Source of the DNA: a virus
Taxonomy: Duplodnaviria; Caudoviricetes
DNA length: 64,000 nucleotides
Virus record (IMG/VR): IMGVR_UViG_3300031555_003442
Coordinates: 32,001-96,000 of that record
Strand: one strand, 5' to 3'
Program-made: the position numbers and the translations under genes
Notes under the pieces: model-generated
The model's input: the letters and a program-made list of their open reading frames with translations, nothing else
Told to the model about the DNA's origin: nothing
Database searches by the model: none
In this document: positions 56,848-64,000 of the stretch, in pieces
How positions within the stretch are numbered: position 1 is the stretch's first letter
Layout of the letters: every line of letters begins with the position of its first letter

Positions 56848-57303
56848 ATGCTCTTAGACACACTAAACGACAAAATCAAAGAATTCATGAAAGCCCACGA
56901 CACGGTGGCATTGACCGCCCTCCGTACGCTCGTGTCCGACATCAAGAACGCATCCATCGCCGCACAGAAGCCTGTTGACGACGCCATGTGCATTTCCGTT
57001 ATCGACAAGGCCATCAAGCAGAAGAACGAAACCATCGAAGGTTATGCCAAGGCTGGCAAGACCGACCGAGTTGATGAAGAAAAGAAGACTCTCGAACTCT
57101 ACAAGCAGTACATGCCCGAGCAGATGTCCGAAGCCGATGTCGTCGCAGAAATCGAAAAGGCTATTGCCGAAACTGGCGCCTGCGAACAGAAGGACATGGG
57201 TAAGGTTATGAAGATTCTTTCCCCCATCATCAAGGGTCGTTTCGACGGAAAGGCAGCAAGCCAGCTTGTCGTAAAGGCATTGCTCGCAAAGGCAGGCAAA
57301 TGA
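56848..57303 (+). CDS. GatB/YqeY domain protein
   Basis: MKAHD..ALTALR, YMPEQMSE, KDMGKVM, GRFDGK. Confidence 0.9.
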   Translation: MLLDTLNDKIKEFMKAHDTVALTALRTLVSDIKNASIAAQKPVDDAMCISVIDKAIKQKNETIEGYAKAGKTDRVDEEKKTLELYKQYMPEQMSEADVVAEIEKAIAETGACEQKDMGKVMKILSPIIKGRFDGKAASQLVVKALLAKAGK

Positions 57304-58361
57304 TGAAGAATTGGGTTTACATCGGCAGGTTCCAGCCGTTCCACAATGGACACCTCGACGTTCTCCACCAGATTATCGACAAGATGGATAAGGAACATGA
57401 CCGTATCATCCTCGTTCTCGGCTCCACGGGTTCTGGAAGCCCCAGAAACCCGATTGACTCGGCAAGCCGTTACGACATGATTCAGAACATCCTTGATAAC
57501 GACGAAGTTGTTAACAAGGCTGGTGTCCGCACTCACATCTTTATCGAAACCCTACGAGATTCCCCGTACAACTGGACGATGTTCGGTAAATGGCTTCAGG
57601 CTTCCCTGAGTTCCTATCCTGCCAACATGGAAAACAACATCCTCTGCGGAATGGAGTACATCAAGGATTACGCAAACCTTGTCGGTACACCGTTCTGGCA
57701 GGCAACGGAAAATGTCCATGTCCATGCGACAGACATCCGTCGGGCTTTTGCGGAAAACGATACCGAGTTCCTGAAAGCGAACCTTCCCGCAGGTATTTTT
57801 GCCAACGAGGAACTGTTTGCCAAAATCAAGGATGAAATTGTAAGTACCTACAATCTGCAGCAGAAGTATATCAAGGATTTGAACCCGAAGTATTCTTCTG
57901 TCTACAAGACCGTGGACAACATTGTTCTTTGCGCTGGTCACATCCTGTTCGTCGTCCGCAAGGATAACGGCAAGTACGCTCTCCCTGGCGGTTTCCAAGA
58001 CCCGACCGACCTTTCTGCACAGAAGGCAGCCGAGCGTGAACTGATGGAGGAAACTGGATTGGATTCGTCCGACTGGACACCCGCAGCATCGAAGAATTTC
58101 GACGCACCGTTCCGTGACCCCCGTTCTAGCAACTGTGTAAATGCGGAAACTACGGCGTTCCTGTACCGTATCAACCCGAAGTATGTGCTCGGAACTGACG
58201 GCGTTCAGTACCCGAGACTCCCAGAAGTAGTCGGTCAGGATGATGCGGCAAGTGCAACTTGGCTCAAATTGAGTGAGGTGTGCAGCTCTGCCGAAAATAT
58301 GTTCCACGCAGACCACAAGAAAATCATCTTAAACATGCTCGGACTTGAACCGAGATTCTAA
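57300..58361 (+). CDS. nadM: bifunctional NMN/NaMN adenylyltransferase - ADP-ribose pyrophosphatase (NadM-Nudix)
   Basis: GRFQPFHNGH, HATDIR; ALPGGF...AERELMEETG Nudix box, RDPR, DDA, DH. Confidence 0.9.
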   Translation: MMKNWVYIGRFQPFHNGHLDVLHQIIDKMDKEHDRIILVLGSTGSGSPRNPIDSASRYDMIQNILDNDEVVNKAGVRTHIFIETLRDSPYNWTMFGKWLQASLSSYPANMENNILCGMEYIKDYANLVGTPFWQATENVHVHATDIRRAFAENDTEFLKANLPAGIFANEELFAKIKDEIVSTYNLQQKYIKDLNPKYSSVYKTVDNIVLCAGHILFVVRKDNGKYALPGGFQDPTDLSAQKAAERELMEETGLDSSDWTPAASKNFDAPFRDPRSSNCVNAETTAFLYRINPKYVLGTDGVQYPRLPEVVGQDDAASATWLKLSEVCSSAENMFHADHKKIILNMLGLEPRF

Positions 58362-58380
58362 CTCAAAGGAAGGTAATAAA

Positions 58381-59655
58381 ATGCTAGACCATTGGTGTAT
58401 AGAAAGTCTGCTTGAGACAGACCTCTACAAGTTCAATATGGACAACCTGTACTTCACCCAGTACAGCGACTATACCGCAAAGTGGGCCTACAAGTGCCGC
58501 AACCGCAAGGATGGCAGCGTCGTGCAGTTCACTAAGGAAGATGTGGCGGAAATCAACCGCCAGATTGACCACCTCTGCACACTCACGTTCAGCCGTGAAG
58601 AGCTTAACCTGCTCTTCTCCAAGGCTACGTGGCTCACCCCCTCGTTCATGCATTTCCTGAGCATGTTCCGTCTTGACCGTGACGAGATACGAGTGACTTA
58701 TGACGAAAGCACGCCGTCTCACATGACTATCGAAGCTGGTGGCGATTTGGACCCGCTGATGCGTAACACTTACTTCGAAATCTACGTTCTTGCCATCGTC
58801 AACGAAGTCTATTTCTACAACCACAACAAGAACCATGCCGAACTCGAAGCGGAAGCTATCAGTCGAATCGACCAGAAGATTGACATGCTTGCTCGTTGCG
58901 AATACTGTATCGGCCCGTTCTCCGAATTCGGTCTCCGCCGTCGTTTCTCCCGCAAGGTTCAGGACTACCTAGTCCGTGCATTTGCGAAGGCACAGAAGAG
59001 CGGTGTTCTCGGTAATTCCATATTCCTTGGCACATCGAATGTGTACCTGGCGTTGAAGTATGACGTGAAGCCTATCGGAACCATCGCCCATGAAGCGGTC
59101 GAAGCAATCGGCCAGGGCAACCCGATGTACAACCCAGCATATTCCAACCGTCTCATGATGGACGCATGGCAGAAACAGTACAAGGGATGCAACGGTATCT
59201 ACCTCACCGACTGCGTCCGTACCGACCTCTTCCTCATGGACCTCACCCGCAACGATGTCCGTGTCTGGGATGGTTTCCGTCATGACTCTGGAGACCCGTG
59301 TGAATGGGGCGAAAAGATGATTGACGCAATCCAGCGTCTAGGTGGAGACCCGATGGAGAAGACGTTGCTCTTCTCCGACTCCCTCGATTTCGAACGTGCG
59401 ACCGACCTTTATGTTCGTTTCAGAGAACGTGCCAAGGTCGGGTTCGGTATCGGAACGTTCCTCTCCAACGACTGTGGTCTGGAACCGCTCAACCAGGTCA
59501 TGAAGCTCATCGAATGCAATGGCCGTCCTGTCGCCAAGATTTCCGACACCGAAGGAAAGCTCATGTGCCGTGATGCCGAGTATGTCGAATGGCTGAAACG
59601 CACCCTCGACTGGCGTCTTACCCACGAAGTCAAAAAATCTAAGATAATCCCTTGA
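58381..59655 (+). CDS. pncB: nicotinate phosphoribosyltransferase
   Basis: LLETDLYK, EFGLRRRFS, GTSNV, GTIAHE, RHDSGDP, FSDSLD, FGIGT, VAKISD. Confidence 0.93.
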   Translation: MLDHWCIESLLETDLYKFNMDNLYFTQYSDYTAKWAYKCRNRKDGSVVQFTKEDVAEINRQIDHLCTLTFSREELNLLFSKATWLTPSFMHFLSMFRLDRDEIRVTYDESTPSHMTIEAGGDLDPLMRNTYFEIYVLAIVNEVYFYNHNKNHAELEAEAISRIDQKIDMLARCEYCIGPFSEFGLRRRFSRKVQDYLVRAFAKAQKSGVLGNSIFLGTSNVYLALKYDVKPIGTIAHEAVEAIGQGNPMYNPAYSNRLMMDAWQKQYKGCNGIYLTDCVRTDLFLMDLTRNDVRVWDGFRHDSGDPCEWGEKMIDAIQRLGGDPMEKTLLFSDSLDFERATDLYVRFRERAKVGFGIGTFLSNDCGLEPLNQVMKLIECNGRPVAKISDTEGKLMCRDAEYVEWLKRTLDWRLTHEVKKSKIIP

Positions 59656-59680
59656 CAGGGATTGTTTAATTAGTTATATT
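59652..59680 (+). promoter_or_regulatory. sigma70-type promoter TTGACA-17-TATATT
   Basis: -35 overlaps the pncB stop codon. Confidence 0.7.
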
Positions 59681-59708
59681 AAGTGACGGAAACATCCGTC
59701 ACTTTTTT
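59681..59708 (+). terminator. intrinsic terminator after pncB
   Basis: AAGTGACGGA-aaca-TCCGTCACTT followed by TTTT. Confidence 0.8.
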
Positions 59709-59722
59709 ATTAGGAGTAAATC

Positions 59723-60331
59723 ATGATTAACCACGTTGTTGGCGACATGCTCGATTTCAGCATGGACACACCCGATATCATCATCCACCAGACCAACTGC
59801 GAGGGCAGGATGGGTGGCGGCGTAGCCAAGGTCATCAAGGAAAAGTTCCCCCAGGTGTATCTGGAATATCTTGAATTTATCGCACACAACCTGTTTGACA
59901 AGCGGGACACCATGGCTCTGCCGATAAAGTGCAGTCACCTGCTTGGAAAATTTTCTTACAGCGAGGTTCCTGTCGGTGACAAGAAGGTGATTTTTGCCAA
60001 CCTGTTTGCTCAGGATAGCTGTTCGGAAAGTACTGCGGCGTTTAGCGAAAAGCGCTTTACCAGCTACGATGCTATGCACGAGGGAATGTTCGATATCAGA
60101 AACATGCTTGTGTATTCGTATTATGTCCAGAAGTTGCATGCCAACCGTCCAGTCAAAATCTGGATGCCCGAAAAGATTGGCTGCGTCAAGGGTGGCGGAA
60201 AGTATGAAATCGTCAAGGCAATCGTCGAAAGCGTGTTCGACCATCCTAGCTTCCGCAACATGATTGACCTCACCCTGTTCACGTTGCCCGAAAAGCTGGC
60301 TCGCCCGAAGGGACCCGTCGATGCGATGTAA
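59723..60331 (+). CDS. macrodomain (ADP-ribose binding/hydrolase) protein
   Basis: VGDMLD, IIHQTNCEGRMGGGVAKVIK, ANLFAQ, MPEKIGCVKGGG. Confidence 0.88.
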   Translation: MINHVVGDMLDFSMDTPDIIIHQTNCEGRMGGGVAKVIKEKFPQVYLEYLEFIAHNLFDKRDTMALPIKCSHLLGKFSYSEVPVGDKKVIFANLFAQDSCSESTAAFSEKRFTSYDAMHEGMFDIRNMLVYSYYVQKLHANRPVKIWMPEKIGCVKGGGKYEIVKAIVESVFDHPSFRNMIDLTLFTLPEKLARPKGPVDAM

Positions 60332-60605
60332 GAATTGCCCGTACGAGGACTACGACTACCAGGAGAATTATCCCTGTTGTAGGCTCTTCGGCGATAACGA
60401 TGACTATATCTATGAAAACGCCAAGGGCGAACTTGGTTGCAGATACAACATGCGTGGTCTGCAGAAGTTCGTCAGGGCGCACGAAGAGGAAGAGAAGATT
60501 ATCGTGCAACAGATGGGCGATTTCGCCAAATGGTGCGAAGAGCATCCGAACCCTCCCTATGACGACCCTGAACCAGAGGTAAATGATGATACGACGAAAG
60601 AGTGA
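60321..60605 (+). CDS. Cys-containing hypothetical protein
   Basis: MRCKNCPY start. Confidence 0.6.
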   Translation: MRCKNCPYEDYDYQENYPCCRLFGDNDDYIYENAKGELGCRYNMRGLQKFVRAHEEEEKIIVQQMGDFAKWCEEHPNPPYDDPEPEVNDDTTKE

Positions 60606-60771
60606 CTTCAAGTGCCGCCACGACCTGCTTGACATCTGGGAGTGGATGGAAGGGGCGTTCATCAAGGAGTGTCTCGATAAGGGTATCGACCCAGACGATT
60701 TTGGTGAAATCGACGTGTCTTTCTCCGTCTCAGTAAAGCAAAAAAGAAAACCCGAGATTAAAAAGGACTAA
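60583..60771 (+). CDS. hypothetical protein
   Basis: GAGGT RBS. Confidence 0.55.
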   Translation: MMIRRKSDFKCRHDLLDIWEWMEGAFIKECLDKGIDPDDFGEIDVSFSVSVKQKRKPEIKKD

Positions 60772-60773
60772 GT

Positions 60774-61064
60774 ATGCGCCCGTACAAGATTAGAGTGTTC
60801 CTTGACCATCACGGTGCAGTATCCGATTTCATAATGGCGGATACCGAGTTCGAGACGGTCGATGCTGCTCGATTGTACATCAAGAAGCAGTTTGATGATA
60901 CAATCACCAATCTCGAAAATACGAACACCTCCTATAACGTGTCCTGTATCTCCAACAAGGACAGCCTTGATATCCCACGGGGTTATCAACAGGATTATGA
61001 GTCCTTGTTCTACAAAAAGCTGTTTACTGATGATTTCACGATGATTATGGAAGTTATCCGATAG
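60774..61064 (+). CDS. hypothetical protein
   Basis: AAGGA RBS. Confidence 0.6.
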   Translation: MRPYKIRVFLDHHGAVSDFIMADTEFETVDAARLYIKKQFDDTITNLENTNTSYNVSCISNKDSLDIPRGYQQDYESLFYKKLFTDDFTMIMEVIR

Positions 61065-61076
61065 AAGGCATTTATT

Positions 61077-61463
61077 ATGAGTTATAACTACCAAAAGAAC
61101 ATTGACAAGCAAATTCTAAAGCTTCGCTTTGTCCATTCCTACAAGGAATACTATTCATTGCAGTTCAAAACGCCTGGATGGTTTGCCCAGTGGATTACCG
61201 TAGAGGAATACTTACCTACGGTAAGCGCTTCGGATAAGCCAGGTGGAGTAACTTCGTATGGCAACTGGGAAAACCGTTGGTGGCGAATTGAATCCAACGA
61301 TTACGGGAAGAAACTGCTGGACGAACTGAGGGCCCAGTTGAAAACCGTCGGCGATATTTACCGTACCTATATCGAGCCTGAGGAAAAACGAATGGCAGCC
61401 GACTATAAAAGATACAAAGAGTACTGGAATAAAATAAATTCAGTTGACGCTATTATCAAATAG
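61077..61463 (+). CDS. hypothetical protein
   Basis: 128-aa ORF fitting the gene tiling. Confidence 0.65.
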   Translation: MSYNYQKNIDKQILKLRFVHSYKEYYSLQFKTPGWFAQWITVEEYLPTVSASDKPGGVTSYGNWENRWWRIESNDYGKKLLDELRAQLKTVGDIYRTYIEPEEKRMAADYKRYKEYWNKINSVDAIIK

Positions 61464-61466
61464 TGG

Positions 61467-61495
61467 TTGACAAATTTTTAAGATGTATCTATATT
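61467..61495 (+). promoter_or_regulatory. sigma70-type promoter TTGACA-17-TATATT upstream of nadE
   Basis: Consensus -35 and spacing. Confidence 0.75.
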
Positions 61496-61528
61496 TTCTA
61501 ATGAAATTATCAAAAAAGGATTATCCGT

Positions 61529-62365
61529 ATGAATTATACTTACACCCCGTATTTCAAAGTCGAAGATGAATGCGACAAGCTGAAAGCGCACATGTTCGAA
61601 TGGTTCAGCTCCAAGGGCTTCAAGAAGGCTATCGTCGGAGTTTCTGGCGGAGCTGACTCCACCGTTTGTTGCAAACTGGCTTGTGACGTACTCGGCCCGT
61701 CCAATGTCTATGCGGTCAGCATGCCGAACGGAAAGCAGTCTGACATTGCCGATGCCCGCAAGGTTATCGAAATCTGCGGATGCAACGAATCGACGCTCAA
61801 CATCGGCGAAATGTTCACCGCCATGAACACCCAGTTTACCCAAGCGGGGTTCGAGCTTAATGACGCATACAGGAGCAATAGCCCTGCCCGTCTCCGTATG
61901 ACCATGCTTTTCGGTCTGGCTCCACTCGTAGGAGCTGTCGTCATCAACACCTGCAACCTTTCCGAAGACTGTGCTTGGGGTAACTTCTCCACGCTGTTCG
62001 GAGACAACGCAGGTTGTTACGCATGTTTGCAGGGCTTCACCAAGACCGAAGTCCGTATGATTGGCGAATACCTCGGCCTCCCGCATGACTTGGTTTGGAA
62101 AACTCCGAACGACGGTATGTGCGGAAAGTCTGATGAAGACCGTATTTCCGAACTGTCTGGTATCAAGAATTTCACTTACGAAGAATTTGACAAGTTCATC
62201 CGTGGCTGTCCGCACTCGTTCAGCAAGTGCGATGTTCAGCGTCTCATTCACGGTTACAAAATCGGCAAATTCAAGAACAAGATTGTCAACATTGACCATT
62301 ACACTCCTACTGCGTTGCCTAACGCATTTGAAACCATTTCTTTGACGGTAACTGGTAGACTATGA
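61529..62365 (+). CDS. nadE: NH3-dependent NAD+ synthetase
   Basis: GVSGGADS, ARLRM, NLSE, TLFGD, KTEV, KTPNDG...SDE; no glutaminase domain. Confidence 0.93.
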   Translation: MNYTYTPYFKVEDECDKLKAHMFEWFSSKGFKKAIVGVSGGADSTVCCKLACDVLGPSNVYAVSMPNGKQSDIADARKVIEICGCNESTLNIGEMFTAMNTQFTQAGFELNDAYRSNSPARLRMTMLFGLAPLVGAVVINTCNLSEDCAWGNFSTLFGDNAGCYACLQGFTKTEVRMIGEYLGLPHDLVWKTPNDGMCGKSDEDRISELSGIKNFTYEEFDKFIRGCPHSFSKCDVQRLIHGYKIGKFKNKIVNIDHYTPTALPNAFETISLTVTGRL

Positions 62366-62802
62366 GTGGAATCTACGTAGGAGAAATATCGCTCGACATC
62401 TTCAAGACGGTGTGTGAAAAGCATCGCCTTGAAGTCGAAAAGTCCGAGAACGATAAGATGGGGTTGTTCTGTGCCGTGCTCAATGTGACGGAAGACGTGT
62501 TCATGCTTATCACGTACTCTGACGAGGCCGATGGCCGCAAGTACGTGAGCCTGTTCGCATCTAACCGCAAGACGGGTTCTACGCAGCAGATAAGTCATGT
62601 CCCTGCGTACTACAACAACCTCATCACCGCAATCAGAACAGCTAACCGTTTTTATGACGACACCAAGGCAAGGGGACTTGCCGTAGTGCCTAGAACTTTA
62701 AAGAAGGAAACCGCCAATGAAGGTAATGGTAACGGGCCACAGGCCAGAGAGAATAACAGGCAGGGAACAGGAAATCAAGGAATGGCTGGCGAAGAAAGTT
62801 GA
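62362..62802 (+). CDS. hypothetical protein
   Basis: ATGA overlap with nadE. Confidence 0.6.
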   Translation: MSGIYVGEISLDIFKTVCEKHRLEVEKSENDKMGLFCAVLNVTEDVFMLITYSDEADGRKYVSLFASNRKTGSTQQISHVPAYYNNLITAIRTANRFYDDTKARGLAVVPRTLKKETANEGNGNGPQARENNRQGTGNQGMAGEES

Positions 62803-63211
62803 TGAACTGAAGCCTAGTGACTGCATCTCTGGCATGGCACGGGGCGCCGACCAGATTTATGCGGAGGTCGCTTATGAAAAAGGTATTCCTCTTATTTGTG
62901 CTTGGCCTTACAAGCGTAAGCTTCATCCTGTTGAGCAGAAGTATCACGACTATGCGGAAGTGAACTATCTCGCCTTCCACAAGTATCAGCCTAGCTGCTA
63001 CTCAACCCGAGACAAGTGGATGGTGGATAACTGCGATGTCGTCCTTGCCGTATGGGATGGAAACCCCGTTGGCGGCACTTACGACACGATTGAGTACGCC
63101 AAGGAAAAGCGCAAGCCAATCTATCTCTTCCCGTGGACTGCGGAATCAATCACTGAGATTATCCCGTTGGACCCTCCCCAAGTGACACCTGACGGATTTA
63201 CCCTCTTCTAG
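62717..63211 (+). CDS. SLOG-family (YspA/DUF1273-like) protein
   Basis: VTGHRP, ISGMARGAD, RDKWMVD, AVWDG..GGT. Confidence 0.85.
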   Translation: MKVMVTGHRPERITGREQEIKEWLAKKVDELKPSDCISGMARGADQIYAEVAYEKGIPLICAWPYKRKLHPVEQKYHDYAEVNYLAFHKYQPSCYSTRDKWMVDNCDVVLAVWDGNPVGGTYDTIEYAKEKRKPIYLFPWTAESITEIIPLDPPQVTPDGFTLF

Positions 63212-63220
63212 GAGCAAACC

Positions 63221-63421
63221 ATGTCGATTTTCAACAAGAAGGAAAGGGCGAATATCGCCAGAGTCCGCAAGGAAATGAAGCAGACGAAGGAATACAAGGA
63301 TTTGCTCGTGCTGAAGGAAAAGTTCAACCGAAAGGAAATATCCGAAGCAGAGTACATCGAAGAAATGGGAAAGCTCCTGAAAGGTGTTCAGGAACAACCC
63401 CAGGAATCAATCAAGCTTTAA
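63221..63421 (+). CDS. small hypothetical protein
   Basis: AGGAG RBS. Confidence 0.6.
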   Translation: MSIFNKKERANIARVRKEMKQTKEYKDLLVLKEKFNRKEISEAEYIEEMGKLLKGVQEQPQESIKL

Positions 63422-63441
63422 CTATCAAAAATGGAGAAACC

Positions 63442-63921
63442 ATGACAAACCCAGCTCAACTCGAACAGGCAATCGCCATCCCCACCGCAATCGTCGCCGA
63501 CCTCAACAAGGCTAAGGAATTCATTGATTCCGACAATAAGGATGAAGCCAAGAAGCTCATCGACAAGGTAGCTAAGTTCATGCAGTCGCAGGCCGACATG
63601 GCCAAGAAGGAACTCGAAGCCATCATGAAGAAGCATGAAGAGGCACTCGAAGTCTTGAAGAAGGACAAGCACGTCGACCTCCAAGACCCGTTCATCATGA
63701 TGCTCAACGAAAGCACCTACACCTTCAAGCGCAAGGAATGGGACGCTGGCATCCGCTACATCCGTGACCAGGACGGCAAGACCATCTGCCGTGCCCGCAA
63801 CGTGGGTGGCCTCCTTACCGAAATCGAAAAGACTGACCTTCAAGACCCGTTCAGCGCTCTCCAGGCTGGCGCTCCCCAGGCACCCGCCGCACAGCCCGCA
63901 AGTCCTATCATCACGGGTTAA
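63442..63921 (+). CDS. hypothetical protein
   Basis: GGAG RBS, strong codon bias. Confidence 0.7.
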   Translation: MTNPAQLEQAIAIPTAIVADLNKAKEFIDSDNKDEAKKLIDKVAKFMQSQADMAKKELEAIMKKHEEALEVLKKDKHVDLQDPFIMMLNESTYTFKRKEWDAGIRYIRDQDGKTICRARNVGGLLTEIEKTDLQDPFSALQAGAPQAPAAQPASPIITG

Positions 63922-63924
63922 ACC

Positions 63925-64000
63925 ATGACCAAGACCGAGTTCGTGCATGCTTGCGAAAAGGTCGGATGCACCGTTTCCGAAGGAAGGGTGATGCTCGGGG
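63925..64000 (+). CDS. partial CDS running off the right edge
   Basis: ATG at 63925, open to the end. Confidence 0.45.
   Translation, partial: MTKTEFVHACEKVGCTVSEGRVMLG

Noticed and set aside
58381-59655. Calling this NadV/Nampt, making the locus ordinary NARP2
   Set aside because: Motifs follow PncB (GTIAHE, FGLRRRFS, PLNQVMKL...VAKISD), and the presence of PncA and NadE fits the nicotinate route
1-64000. Stop-codon reassignment
   Set aside because: Conserved genes are full length in the standard code and end at TAA, TAG and TGA; reading through the TAG at 47482-47484 would not reach the protein-like frame

Overview
This window looks like 64 kb of a large T4-related myovirus genome. It is densely coding and reads cleanly in the standard code; I saw no tRNA, rRNA, CRISPR array or IS element. 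Positions 1-48 kb hold scrambled virion and packaging genes (gp48-, gp53-, hub-, gp3-, gp26-, gp13-like, tail tube, a 1347-aa tail sheath, terminase). These are mixed with replication and recombination genes (UvsY, gp47, clamp loader, RuvC-like, NrdD), an orphan adenine MTase, a sigma-factor-like gene, glycosyltransferases and proteases. The right end carries thyA, folA and nrdG. NrdD/NrdG suggest an anaerobic host; Fibrobacter is a guess from recall only. Top finding: a complete deamidating (Preiss-Handler-type) NAD+ rebuilding set behind sigma70-type promoters (PncA, PncB, NadM-Nudix, NH3-dependent NadE, plus macrodomain and SLOG proteins), distinct from the described phage NARP1/NARP2 routes. 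Other signals: an ArfA-like gene with a terminator inside its reading frame; a shared ~30-aa N-terminal motif on unrelated late proteins (possible capsid-targeting propeptide); a TATAAACT late-promoter motif; two genes hidden behind frameshifts; a RiPP-leader-like peptide; and a possible galactofuranose glycosylation set. All functional calls come from motifs recognised by eye, with no database search.
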